Made by a program: the position numbers and the translations under genes. A stretch of 64,000 nt of DNA from an uncultured bacterium (GTDB lineage Bacteria > Myxococcota_A > CAZTSL01): contig CAZTSL010000002.1 in assembly GCA_964616915.1 (NCBI GenBank), positions 12,090 to 76,089 of the forward strand. The letters run 5' to 3'. The notes under the pieces are model-generated. The model did no database searches and was not told the origin of the DNA. It was given only the letters and a program-made list of their open reading frames with translations. The number at the start of each line of letters is the position of its first letter. Position 1 is the stretch's first letter. Below, piece after piece: positions 1-8,930 of the stretch.

Positions 1-2180
1 GGTTCCGTCTCGTGGGCCTCCGCCTCGGGGTGTTCGAGTTCGGAGAGCGTCGTCTCCCGGACGATCTCCCGTTTTTTCCCCGTCATCGGCTCGACCTGGT
101 AGTCGTAGCCCTGCGTCCTGGCGAGGGGCTCGATCCGGTCGAGGGGGGTGAGGGTGACGGTGTGCGCGCCGAGGAAGGGGTAGAGATCCACACCCCCGGG
201 GTTGGGTTCCTCGACCTCGATCGGGAGGAACTTCTTCACCGGGAGGTTCGCCGCGATCCTTCCAACCCCCTTTCGCCCATATCCCAGTGCGACGGCCACG
301 ACCCCCTCCGGCATGCCGGGCTCGATGCGGACGGGGAGTTCCACCCCTTTGCTCCCTGTCGCGAGGCGCACGACCCGTCCCTCCACGACACCGAGCCGCC
401 GCGCGCTCGCCGGCGAGATCGCGGCATGATTCCCCCAGGTCGTCCGGGCGATCGGGTCGGGGAGTTCCTGGAGCCAGGGGTTGTTCGCCTGCCGGCCGTC
501 TCCGAGCGCCACGCCGGCGAAGACGGCGAGTTCGAACCCCTCTGTCGTTGGAGCCTTCGGGCGCCGGATCCGGGCCACGGGGCGAAACTCGAAGGGCGCG
601 AGGGGAAGGCGTTCCCCTTCGAGGAGGAAGACGCCGTCGCGCACCGCGTTCGTCCAGAAGGTCTCGAAATCGGATGCTCCCCCCTTCCGACGGACGAAGA
701 GCTTCTCCCGCCAGACCTCGCGCAACGCATCGTAGGCCGTCGTCTCCACCCCGCTCCAGGCCAGCAGCGAGGTGATCGCCGAGCGCGTCTCGTAGAGGGG
801 GGCGATCGTCGGTTGAAAGAGCGTATACACCCCGAAATGGGGATGAGCGTCCCCCCAGCGCTCGAGGGGGTGGTCGTCGGGAGCCAGGAAGGTGCAGGCC
901 CCCGCAGTCTCCTCGCGTCGCCCCGCAAAGGAGAGGGTGAAGGGGATCCGTTCGAGTGCCCGCGCGATCCTTTCCCGCTCCGGATGGTCGTAGAGGGGAT
1001 TGGCGTCGAGGAAAAGCATCCCTCCGACCTCTCCACGCCCCATCTCCTCGATGAGCGCGCGCATCCGGTCGTCGTCCCCCTGGTACTGGAGGGAGGGCTG
1101 GCGAAGATCGATCGTTTCTCCGTAGTTGTCGAGGAGGTGGTTGACGGCGTTGACGAGGAGTTGCGTATCGACGTCGTTCACGCCGCACACCACGAGGCTG
1201 CGTCCCCGCGTTTCGAGGAGACGATCGATGGTTTTTTCGAGGATCTCTTCCTCCACGGGGCTCTTTCTCCCCTGGGGGAGCCACCGCTCTTCCCCGCGTC
1301 CCAGCTTCTTCGCGATCCGGTGGGCGATCGCCAGGAGGGTGTCGAAGATCTCCGAGGGGCGCAGCGGGACCCGGAGGTCCGCATTCGCTCCCGTCACCGA
1401 CATCCGCGGCTCGAACTGGGCGTGCCAGGAGAGCGTGGGATGGCGGGGATCGATCTTCCGGTTCTTGGCCCACCCCTTCGTGAACTCCACGGGAGAGAGC
1501 CACGTTCCGAGGAAATCGGCGTCGAAGGAGACGATCACCCTGGCCTTCTCGAAGCGGTACCACGGAACGACCCGGCGGCCATGGGTCCGGGCGTGCGCCT
1601 CGAGGATGCCGTGGGCCGAGAGGGGGTCGTAGATCACGTGCTCCGTGTTGGGATACGCACCCTTGAACCTCTCGATCGCGGAGAGGAGCGTAGGGCTCGT
1701 GATCGTCGTGGAGAGGATCACGAGCTTCTTGCCGCGCTCCTTCACCCCCTCGAGTTCCTTACGGACTTGCCGGTCGATCTCCTCCCAGGTGGCTTCCTTG
1801 CCCCCGATCCGGGGGCCCCGGAAACGCTCCGAATCGTAGAGGTCGAGCACCGAGGCCTGCCCCCGGGCGCAGAGCCCCCCGAGGGAGAGGGGGTGGAGGG
1901 GATTGCCTTCGAGCTTGATCGGACGCCCGTCCCGGTTCTTGACGAGGATCCCGCACGAGGCGGGACATGCCGCGCACGTCGAGGCGTACCAGAGGGAGAG
2001 TCCTGGCGTCACCTCCTCCGGTTGTTCGAGGAAGGGGACGATCTCCTCCCGGGGGGGACGAAAATCACAGCCGGCAAGGGAGAGCGCGGCGAAACTACCG
2101 CCGAGGATCTGGAGGAAGGTCCTCCGGTTCAAGGTGTCGATCCGATCCTGCACCCCTGCTTTCCGTTCATCGTGGGACAT
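1..2180 (-). CDS. Molybdopterin-oxidoreductase (MopB) superfamily large subunit, N-terminal 726 aa only; Tat signal; ACIII ActB / Qrc QrcB / PsrA-like. The gene continues beyond window position 1.
   Basis: Manual minus-strand translation from ATG at 2180, with an in-frame stop immediately upstream, gives MSHDERKAGVQDRIDTLNRRTFLQILGGSFAALSLAGC, a Tat motif (RR, TFL). It is followed by STCAACPASCGILVKNRDGRPIKLEGNPLHPLSLGGLCARG, a CxxCxxxC...C FS0 cluster motif typical of MopB enzymes. The frame stays open to position 1. It is absent from the ORF track because no stop lies in the window. The + ORF 12..2204 is its antisense shadow. Confidence 0.6.
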   Translation of the reverse strand, partial: MSHDERKAGVQDRIDTLNRRTFLQILGGSFAALSLAGCDFRPPREEIVPFLEQPEEVTPGLSLWYASTCAACPASCGILVKNRDGRPIKLEGNPLHPLSLGGLCARGQASVLDLYDSERFRGPRIGGKEATWEEIDRQVRKELEGVKERGKKLVILSTTITSPTLLSAIERFKGAYPNTEHVIYDPLSAHGILEAHARTHGRRVVPWYRFEKARVIVSFDADFLGTWLSPVEFTKGWAKNRKIDPRHPTLSWHAQFEPRMSVTGANADLRVPLRPSEIFDTLLAIAHRIAKKLGRGEERWLPQGRKSPVEEEILEKTIDRLLETRGRSLVVCGVNDVDTQLLVNAVNHLLDNYGETIDLRQPSLQYQGDDDRMRALIEEMGRGEVGGMLFLDANPLYDHPERERIARALERIPFTLSFAGRREETAGACTFLAPDDHPLERWGDAHPHFGVYTLFQPTIAPLYETRSAITSLLAWSGVETTAYDALREVWREKLFVRRKGGASDFETFWTNAVRDGVFLLEGERLPLAPFEFRPVARIRRPKAPTTEGFELAVFAGVALGDGRQANNPWLQELPDPIARTTWGNHAAISPASARRLGVVEGRVVRLATGSKGVELPVRIEPGMPEGVVAVALGYGRKGVGRIAANLPVKKFLPIEVEEPNPGGVDLYPFLGAHTVTLTPLDRIEPLARTQGYDYQVEPMTGKKREIVRETTLSELEHPEAEAHETE

Positions 2181-2194
2181 GGATCACGCGCCTC

Positions 2195-3307
2195 CTACTG
2201 GTGACAGATGTTGCAATCGGTGGATGCCTGGGAACGGAGCCAATGGGTCGGCACCTCCACCCCCTTCTTGCGGTGGCAGTTGACGCACCATCCCATCGAA
2301 AGATCGCTCACCTGGCGAATCCGTTCCATCTCCTGGACCGGTCCGTGACACTCCTGGCACGTGATCCCATTTCGGACATGTGCCTCGTGGGTAAAGTGGA
2401 CGAAGGCGGGGAGCCGATGGACACGTACCCACCGGATCGGTTTCGGCGTATCGCTCTTTCGGCTCTCCCAGGCGGCCCGGATCTTGGCGATCTCGGGGGA
2501 GGGATGCGCCTGCCCCCGGCGCCGATCGACGATCCGGTGGCAGTTCATACAGACCCCGACGGCGGGCACGCCCGCCACGGGTCCGCGCTCCGCGCCGCTG
2601 TGGCAGTAAAGACAGGAGATCTCCATCTCCCCGGCGTGCAGGGCATGCGAGAAGGCGATCGGCTGTTCGGGTTCGTATCCCTGGTCGTTGCCCCAGAGAT
2701 GGTGGTAGCGGTAACCGCCGAGGCTCCAGTAGAGGAGGAAGGCCGCCACGATCCCGAGCGTTCCGAGAAGACCGTTGTACCCGGCCCCCCAGGCCGCAAG
2801 GCCAAGGAGCACGACGACCCCGAGGGCCACGAGTCCTCCCCGATGGACCGGGCCTCGCGGACCGGGACCCGCGATGCGCCGATCCTTCTTCTCCGGGAGG
2901 AGCGGCCGGGGAATCTCCACGCCGCCGCCCCCCTCGCTCACCGTCTCGATATAGGCGATCATCGCCTCTGCCTCGGAGCGCGAGAGGCCGAGTTCCGCCA
3001 TTCGCACGCCGTTGTAGCGTTTGAGCAGCTGCTGGGCGATCGGATCGGTGTCGAGATAGCGTCCCGGCGCGGTGATGAAACCGATCAGCCAATCCCGTTT
3101 CCGTCGCTTCGTGACATCCTTGAGGTCGGGGCCCACCCGGTCCCCTTGACCGATCGTATGACACTTGCTGCACTGCTGCGCAAAGCGCGCGGCCTGCTTC
3201 TGGAAGGTGCCGTCATCCTCCCCGGCCTTCCCACTTCCCGCCAGGCAGAGCCAAACGCCCAGGCTGAGGAGGAGAAGGCGCATCGAGGATCGAAATCGGA
3301 AAGGCAT
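2195..3307 (-). CDS. Membrane-associated hexaheme cytochrome c (six CxxCH motifs; QrcA/ActA/NapC-like electron carrier)
   Basis: Heme-binding motifs CSKCH, CLYCH, CMNCH, CQECH, CVNCH and CNICH. Signal/anchor MPFRFRSSMRLLLLSLGVWLCLAGS when started at the internal Met (3307). Hydrophobic segment GLVALGVVVLLGLAAW. Sits 14 nt upstream of the MopB gene. Confidence 0.75.
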   Translation of the reverse strand: MPFRFRSSMRLLLLSLGVWLCLAGSGKAGEDDGTFQKQAARFAQQCSKCHTIGQGDRVGPDLKDVTKRRKRDWLIGFITAPGRYLDTDPIAQQLLKRYNGVRMAELGLSRSEAEAMIAYIETVSEGGGGVEIPRPLLPEKKDRRIAGPGPRGPVHRGGLVALGVVVLLGLAAWGAGYNGLLGTLGIVAAFLLYWSLGGYRYHHLWGNDQGYEPEQPIAFSHALHAGEMEISCLYCHSGAERGPVAGVPAVGVCMNCHRIVDRRRGQAHPSPEIAKIRAAWESRKSDTPKPIRWVRVHRLPAFVHFTHEAHVRNGITCQECHGPVQEMERIRQVSDLSMGWCVNCHRKKGVEVPTHWLRSQASTDCNICHQ

Positions 3308-3379
3308 GGTCACTCCTTCGTCACACGTTTGAAAACTTGCTCCATCGTCTTCCATTCGGAACGAGGTTCCGGGTCGTTG

Positions 3380-4036
3380 TCAGGATGTCGGGTCGGACCG
3401 GACGGTTTCGTCTGCTCGAACGCGACGCTCCGGAACGATCCGGATCGCCGAGGCGGGGCAGATCTGGGCACAGATCCCACACCCCGTGCAGCGGTCGTCG
3501 GAGACGGCGGCCTTCTGCCCCGGCGCGGTGAGCGTGATCGCCTTGGGCTTCTCGGGGCAGTGTTTCACGCAGTAGTCGCACGGCTGCCCTTGCGCCATGT
3601 AGCAATGCGCTTCCTCGACGACCGCCCGCCCCACGGTGAGGCGGGCTCCCGGAGCGGGAAAGGAGAGGGCCCCCGCCTCGCAGGCCGCGATGCAGGGCCA
3701 ATCCGCACAGAGGTGGCAGGGACTCTCATGGGGAATCATGATCGGAGAGCCGGCCAGCGCTGCGCCCAGTTCCGGTCCCGCCTTCCGGATCGCCCAATGG
3801 GGGCATGCCTTCACGCATTCGTCGCAGCGGGTGCAGGCGGCCAGGAACGCCTCCTCCGGCAGTGCGCCCGGGGGGCGGACGAAAAGGGGCCGCTGCGGCG
3901 TGGCGGCCCCTTCTCTGAGCGCCCTTTCGACTTCCCGCAACGGCGCGCGCACGCCCTGGACCACCTCGTCGAGGAGGCGAAAGGCCTCCGCAAATCCGAG
4001 GCGGAAGAATTCTTTCCTGCTGTAGCATTCCTTCAT
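3380..4036 (-). CDS. NapG/MauM-type 4Fe-4S ferredoxin (third paralogue, no clear Tat signal)
   Basis: Multiple CxxCxxCxxxCP motifs (CTRCDECVKACP, CHLCADWPCIAAC, CDYCVKHCP, CTGCGICAQICP). RPPGALPEEAFLAAC matches the block in the two Tat-NapG paralogues at 7.6-8.9 kb. Confidence 0.7.
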   Translation of the reverse strand: MKECYSRKEFFRLGFAEAFRLLDEVVQGVRAPLREVERALREGAATPQRPLFVRPPGALPEEAFLAACTRCDECVKACPHWAIRKAGPELGAALAGSPIMIPHESPCHLCADWPCIAACEAGALSFPAPGARLTVGRAVVEEAHCYMAQGQPCDYCVKHCPEKPKAITLTAPGQKAAVSDDRCTGCGICAQICPASAIRIVPERRVRADETVRSDPTS

Positions 4037-4129
4037 GCTCGTTCGTCTCGTTTCCTTACCGTTCGAGGTCCCGTGGCTACACCACTCCCCTGAAGAGGTC
4101 CCATGCGTCCTGGAGTTTCCGGATCTGGC

Positions 4130-5965
4130 TCACATCGCCGAAACCCGCATCTCCATCGGCTGGCGCAGCAGCCAGAGGCTGAAGGTGCTGAAGAGCACCA
4201 TCGCGATCAGCATGGGAAGTTGACAGAAGAATGCATCCCTACGGTTGGGAACCAACTTTCGTGTGGTTCGTTCTGTGATCCAGAGGCTGTAGACATGACC
4301 GATGAGGACGAAGAGGACCTGGATCCACCACAACCCCTCGAGCGAGATGAGCGGCGGAACGTTCCATCCCGCCGTCCCGAAGAGATTCCACCCCCGCCCC
4401 AGGGGGTCGGAGAGGAGGGCCACGATCTTCGGGCCTTCCATGAAGAAGTGCCCCGCGTTGTGCGCGAGATGATAGAAGAGCGCGATCGGCAGGAGCGCAT
4501 AGGCGTAGTGGAGGAAGAGCGCACGGGTACCGTGGGGAGCACTCCACCGTGCCGAGATCCGGGCGATCAGCGCAAAGAAGGCGATCGGCAGGAGGAGCAT
4601 CCCGAGCATGAGGAGGCCGAAGGAAAGCCCCGGGGCGATCCCGAGCGTCCTCTGAAGGGCCTCGTTCCACGCATGCCAGGCCGGCGTCATCGTCAGACCA
4701 TGAAACCCCGTCATCGAAAGGAGGATGATCGCAAGAAATGCCTCATCGGTCCGGGGTTTGCCCATCGCCGCCAGATCCGCCCCCCACGGCCGCGCGCGGA
4801 TCGCGATGTTGTCGTGCGGACAGGTCTTGAGACATTCCGTGCAGAGGATGCAGTAGGTGCTCTCCTTCATCACCCGGGGGAACTCGAAGGTCGGACATCC
4901 ATCCCCCCGATCGTTCCCCTTGAAACAGTCGTGCGTCTTGCAGGAACGGCAGACCGCCTCGTCCTCTGCCCGGAGTTCGAGACTCGAAAAGAGCGCATAG
5001 AGGCCCGAGACACGCCCCACCAGGCATCCATAGCGGCAGAACGACTTGCGGTCGAACACGAGCGCCGAGACGATCGCAAGGCCGAGGATGATGAGGGCGA
5101 CCCACGCCGTGGCCCGCGGGATCGACGTGATCCCCATCCCCAGCTCCACCCAGGTGAGGAGCACGAAGAGGATCACCGCGAACCAGATGTTGCGCATCCG
5201 CCGCGGCCAGGGGAGACGCAGCCCCAGTCCCGAGCGGCGGGGAGACTTTAGACTCAGCCGCTCGAGCCAGGTGGCGAGCGCGTCCCAGGGACAGACGTAG
5301 CACCACGCCTTCCCGAAGTAGAGGATGAGGAAGATCAACCCCGCCCACCAGATCGTCCACGTGAGGAGCGGCGCGATGTTCATCGTGGGGTTCTGGTTGC
5401 CGAAGAGGCCCGCGTAGATGATGAAGAGGAAGATCGCCACCATCATGAGACGGGCGCTCGTCTGAAATCCCGGCCGGCGCAGCAGGCGCCGCACCCCGGG
5501 ATGGGCCGTCAGCGGTTTCCGTGCAGCGATCGCAGGGACCACCGGTGCCCGCTTGCCGGCCCGCCAGGAGACGAACTCGAAGATGCCGAAAGAGAGAAGG
5601 AGCACGATCGCCACCGAAGCCTGGTACATCCAGGTCGGAAGCCCCTGCATCGTATGCCCTCCCCGCCGCGCCTGCGGGGCACGCATCCATCGCGCCGGAT
5701 CCTCCAGGAAGCGATCCCGGCAGCGCGTGCTGCAGAAATAGAAGGTCCGCGATCCGATCCGGAGGGGGTAGGCCGTGCGCGGCCGGACGTTCATCCCGCA
5801 CACGAGGTCGCGAACGCTCCCCACAGGGACATCCCCGGCAGGCGATACCGCGGCATTCGCCGGCAGCTCGATCACATCCCGCACCCGGCTCTGATCGAAA
5901 ACGATGATCCCCACGACGAGCGCAAGGAGGAACCATGGGAATGCCAGGGCGAACCGCCGATTCAT
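4130..5965 (-). CDS. NapH/MauN-type integral-membrane polyferredoxin with an N-terminal YHS/TRASH metal-binding domain
   Basis: Start MNRRFALAFPWFLL at 5965; the annotated 804 aa ORF has an implausible G/R-rich N-extension. YHS motif DLVCGMNVRP...YFCSTRCRDRFLEDP. NapH-like CYVCPWDA. Cys clusters CRYGC, CRSCKTHDC, CILCTECLKTCP. More than eight hydrophobic helices. Confidence 0.7.
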   Translation of the reverse strand: MNRRFALAFPWFLLALVVGIIVFDQSRVRDVIELPANAAVSPAGDVPVGSVRDLVCGMNVRPRTAYPLRIGSRTFYFCSTRCRDRFLEDPARWMRAPQARRGGHTMQGLPTWMYQASVAIVLLLSFGIFEFVSWRAGKRAPVVPAIAARKPLTAHPGVRRLLRRPGFQTSARLMMVAIFLFIIYAGLFGNQNPTMNIAPLLTWTIWWAGLIFLILYFGKAWCYVCPWDALATWLERLSLKSPRRSGLGLRLPWPRRMRNIWFAVILFVLLTWVELGMGITSIPRATAWVALIILGLAIVSALVFDRKSFCRYGCLVGRVSGLYALFSSLELRAEDEAVCRSCKTHDCFKGNDRGDGCPTFEFPRVMKESTYCILCTECLKTCPHDNIAIRARPWGADLAAMGKPRTDEAFLAIILLSMTGFHGLTMTPAWHAWNEALQRTLGIAPGLSFGLLMLGMLLLPIAFFALIARISARWSAPHGTRALFLHYAYALLPIALFYHLAHNAGHFFMEGPKIVALLSDPLGRGWNLFGTAGWNVPPLISLEGLWWIQVLFVLIGHVYSLWITERTTRKLVPNRRDAFFCQLPMLIAMVLFSTFSLWLLRQPMEMRVSAM

Positions 5966-6588
5966 ACCGCATCCTCCATCGAGTCGGTCGCGTCGGCCTG
6001 CCGGCGCCGTGCCATCTTGATCCGGGCGGCCCGGATCACGACGAGCAGGAAGGTGAGCCCGCCGCCGAAGGCGAGCAGCGGCGTCCAGGGGGAGCCAGGC
6101 TGCCCCACCACCATCGGAAAGCGGAGGGTCGAGACGACCTTCCCATCCTGGAAGGTGAGGACGACCTCGTAGTTCCCCTCCGCCGGGTAGACGGGGTAGA
6201 ACTTGAAGACGTTCTCGTCGAGCGTCGTCGTATCGGGTCCGAAGACGACCTTCTTCCCCCCGAAGATCCCCTGCTCCTGGATCGTGAGCGTCATCGGAAG
6301 ATCGTAGGGCGTCCGATCGAGACGGGAGACGACATAGACGTTGAGCTGCGTCCGCTCCCCGGGGGCGGGGTTGCCCGGATAGCTCGTCAACTGGAACTCC
6401 CAGTCGCCCACGTCCTCGAGGAGCTTGAGCACCGGCGCCTGGGGATAGTTCTCGTCGTAGGCGTAGTGGGGGATCCCCATGATGTGATGCGCGGCCGCGG
6501 CGGTGGGGAGGAGGAGCAGGAGAGAGGCCAGCGCCCCCCCCCACCCGCGCCAGGGAGGGATTCCCATTCCTTTCCGGTCACGCGACAT
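5962..6588 (-). CDS. Exported protein of unknown function embedded in the nap-like operon; signal peptide, His-rich N-terminus and C-terminal TM anchor
   Basis: Probable start at MSRDRKGMGIPPWRGWGGALASLLLLLPTAAAAHHIMGIPHYAYDENYPQ. C-terminal helix LLAFGGGLTFLLVVIRAARIKMARRR. Start codon uncertain, alternatives 6567-6693. Confidence 0.5.
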   Translation of the reverse strand: MSRDRKGMGIPPWRGWGGALASLLLLLPTAAAAHHIMGIPHYAYDENYPQAPVLKLLEDVGDWEFQLTSYPGNPAPGERTQLNVYVVSRLDRTPYDLPMTLTIQEQGIFGGKKVVFGPDTTTLDENVFKFYPVYPAEGNYEVVLTFQDGKVVSTLRFPMVVGQPGSPWTPLLAFGGGLTFLLVVIRAARIKMARRRQADATDSMEDAV

Positions 6589-7657
6589 CCCGAACCTCCT
6601 TCTCATGCCCGGGACTCGGATCTCCCTTCCCATCCTTCGCCGCAGGTCCCGGGATCCCGGAACTCGTCGTGGAGAGCGCGTACCCGATGGCATCGTCGGG
6701 ACAGACGTCGATACAGACGCCGCAGTTGTCGCACTCCATTCCGGTGCGGTCCGTCATCGGCAGGAGACCCCGAGGGCAGTGGACGTTACAGAGGGTACAG
6801 AGGGTGCAACGATCGACCTTCCGGCGAATCCGGAGGATCCGGTAGCGCCCGAGCGCGGAATAGATCGCCCCCCCGGGGCAGACCGAACGGCAGAAGAAAC
6901 GGGGCGCAAGGAAGATCTCTCCGAGCAGGAGCGCAAGGAAGAAGAGGGAGGCGCCCGAGAGCCCCCCCACGACGAAACGCACCCCGCCGTTTTCCGCCAC
7001 GTCGAAGAGGTTGAGCACGAAGGCGTGGATCTCCCGGCTCACGATCGCTGGCGGATAGATGTAGTCGAGCAGGGGAAGCCCCACCACGAGCGTGAAGAGG
7101 AGTCCCACACCGAGAAGGACGTATTTGTTTCCCCGCCAGATCCGGAGTGACGGAGGATGAATTTCGAGGAATTTCACGAAGGTTCGCACCTTCGCCGTCA
7201 TGTCGAAGAGGAAGCCTGCCGGACAGATCCATCCACAGAACACCCGTCCGAGAAGGAGGGTGAGGAGGAGGGGGAGGAGCAACCCCGTCCAGAAGGCCAC
7301 CGTAAAATTCCATGAGGCAACGAAGCTCTCCGCTCCCGCCAGCAGATCGGTCATCGAGACCCCGAAGAGGGTGATCGACCAGGGGGAACCGTAGAACTTC
7401 CGGGTCCGTTCGAGGATCGCCTTGCGGGGACGACGGGTCGGAACCCCCCCCTCCCCGTCCGGAATCCCGAGGCGGATGACCCGGTCGGTGGCAGCCAGGA
7501 GTTCCCCCTGCGTGCTCCCCCCCCACTTCTCGATCCGGTTGTCGAGCTGGCGCGCGGAGAGGTAGTGACTGTAGCGTGCCAGGATCGGCAGCGCGATCGT
7601 GAGGAGCAGGACGAGGAGTTGAATCGTGCGGCGCCAGGGCCAGATCTTCGTCTTCAT
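6578..7657 (-). CDS. NapH/MauN-type membrane polyferredoxin
   Basis: Start MKTKIWPWRRTIQLLVLLLTIALPIL at 7657. Motifs GRVFCGWICPAG, CRSVCPGGA, CTLCTLCNVHCP, CDNCGVCIDVCP. Four or more TM helices. Confidence 0.75.
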   Translation of the reverse strand: MKTKIWPWRRTIQLLVLLLTIALPILARYSHYLSARQLDNRIEKWGGSTQGELLAATDRVIRLGIPDGEGGVPTRRPRKAILERTRKFYGSPWSITLFGVSMTDLLAGAESFVASWNFTVAFWTGLLLPLLLTLLLGRVFCGWICPAGFLFDMTAKVRTFVKFLEIHPPSLRIWRGNKYVLLGVGLLFTLVVGLPLLDYIYPPAIVSREIHAFVLNLFDVAENGGVRFVVGGLSGASLFFLALLLGEIFLAPRFFCRSVCPGGAIYSALGRYRILRIRRKVDRCTLCTLCNVHCPRGLLPMTDRTGMECDNCGVCIDVCPDDAIGYALSTTSSGIPGPAAKDGKGDPSPGHEKEVRDVA

Positions 7658-8259
7658 GCGAACCTCCGCCGGGAAAAGACCCGGATCGCCTTGTTCTCCT
7701 TGACGATGCAGGCATCCTCGCAGAGACCACAGCCGACGCACTGCTCGGGATCGACCGTGGGACGGTTGTGCTGTCCCTGCCGGATCGCCCGTCCCTTCAA
7801 GGGACAGGCGGTGAAACAGGCGCCACAGATCCCGGAGCCGTTGTGGCTGACGCAGAGCCGTTCATCGACGACGGCGGTCCCCATCCGGGCCTCGGTCATC
7901 TCCGAGAGGGGTTCGATCGCTCCCGTGGGACACGCCGCCCCGCACGAGAGACAGAGCGTGCAGGCCGTCTCCTCGGGGAGGATGAAGGGGGTTCCCTGGT
8001 GTTTCCCGCTCCCCTTGCCGAAGAGGCGGATCGCACCGGCCTGGCAGACCTCGGCGCAGCGCGTGCAGCGGATGCACCTGGCCAGGAATGCCGTCTCCGC
8101 CACGGAACCGGGGGGGCGGATCAGTCCCCGACGATCCCATTCGGGAAGGAGGTAGTTCGGGCGTTCCTTTTCCACCCCCCCCATGAACCCCAGGAGGAGA
8201 CCGAACCCGAGCGCGCTCCCTGCCGTCTTCTTGAGAAACTGCCGTCGGTCCATCGTCAT
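7654..8259 (-). CDS. NapG/MauM-type periplasmic 4Fe-4S ferredoxin with Tat signal
   Basis: MTMDRRQFLKKTAGSALGFGLLLG (twin-arginine). CIRCTRCAEVCQ, CTLCLSCGAACP, CGACFTACP, CVGCGLCEDAC. 4-nt overlap with the downstream napH-like gene. Confidence 0.75.
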   Translation of the reverse strand: MTMDRRQFLKKTAGSALGFGLLLGFMGGVEKERPNYLLPEWDRRGLIRPPGSVAETAFLARCIRCTRCAEVCQAGAIRLFGKGSGKHQGTPFILPEETACTLCLSCGAACPTGAIEPLSEMTEARMGTAVVDERLCVSHNGSGICGACFTACPLKGRAIRQGQHNRPTVDPEQCVGCGLCEDACIVKENKAIRVFSRRRFA

Positions 8260-8882
8260 CCCCCCCGCTGCCGATCCGGGACGATCGAGATCGCCTGCGG
8301 ATAGCGGATACACGCCCGCTCGCACAGCCCACAACCGACACAGTAGGTGGGATCGAGGATCGGTTGTTCCATGAAGCCTGCGCGCAGCGCCTTCCCCTCG
8401 AAGGGACACGCCTTGACGCAGACCCCGCAGGAACTCCCCTGGTAGGAGTAACAGAGGTTCTCGTCGAGGGTGGAGACCCCCATCGAAACCTTCTCCTGGA
8501 TCGCCGCAGCGTCCTTTTCGACGGGAACGAGCGCGCCGGTGGGACAGGCCGCCGTACAGAGCAGCATCTTCCCCTGGTCCCCGCCGCAGAGGTTACAGGC
8601 TTGCAGGCGGGGGAAGATCACCGGGGTTCCGACCTCCGCCCGCCCCGGGGCCATGGAGAAGGGCCGCCCCGCTTCCCGGGTGAAGGGGCGGATCGCCTGG
8701 TTCGGACAGGCATCGCCACATTGGCCACAGCGGATACAACGGGCGAGGAATTCGTCCTCCGGGAGGGCCCCCGGCGGACGAAGCACGGCCCCCCCCGCTT
8801 CCGTGGGACGCAGGAAGCCGAAGCCCGCGGCCAGCGAGCCCGCCACCACCGTCACGTTCCGCAGGAAACCCCTGCGGCTCAT
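8256..8882 (-). CDS. NapG/MauM-type periplasmic 4Fe-4S ferredoxin with Tat signal (paralogue)
   Basis: MSRRGFLRNVTVVAGSLAAGFG (twin-arginine). CIRCGQCGDACP, CNLCGG...CTAACP, CGVCVKACP, CVGCGLCERAC. The start could be 8906. Confidence 0.75.
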   Translation of the reverse strand: MSRRGFLRNVTVVAGSLAAGFGFLRPTEAGGAVLRPPGALPEDEFLARCIRCGQCGDACPNQAIRPFTREAGRPFSMAPGRAEVGTPVIFPRLQACNLCGGDQGKMLLCTAACPTGALVPVEKDAAAIQEKVSMGVSTLDENLCYSYQGSSCGVCVKACPFEGKALRAGFMEQPILDPTYCVGCGLCERACIRYPQAISIVPDRQRGG

Positions 8883-8930
8883 CCGTCTGAACCAGGACGA
8901 TGCCATCCCCTCTGCTCCCCGGAACGCCGT

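Noticed and set aside
236-1036. 266 aa minus-strand ORF and multiple 60-170 aa ORFs in 200-2300
   Set aside because: Alternative frames within the MopB gene. Ser/Arg/Pro-rich with no start context.
12-2204. 730 aa + strand ORF
   Set aside because: G/R/E/D/P-rich low-complexity translation typical of high-GC antisense. The minus strand encodes a coherent Tat-MopB protein with an Fe-S motif that simply lacks an in-window stop.
4103-5251. 382 aa + ORF and minus ORFs 4743..5972 and 4239..4670
   Set aside because: They overlap the NapH-YHS gene. Low-complexity Arg/Glu/Pro-rich translations.
5501-7150. + strand ORFs 5501..6172, 5935..7014 and 6503..7150
   Set aside because: Antisense of the NapH and exported-protein genes. 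Arg/Pro/Gly-rich.
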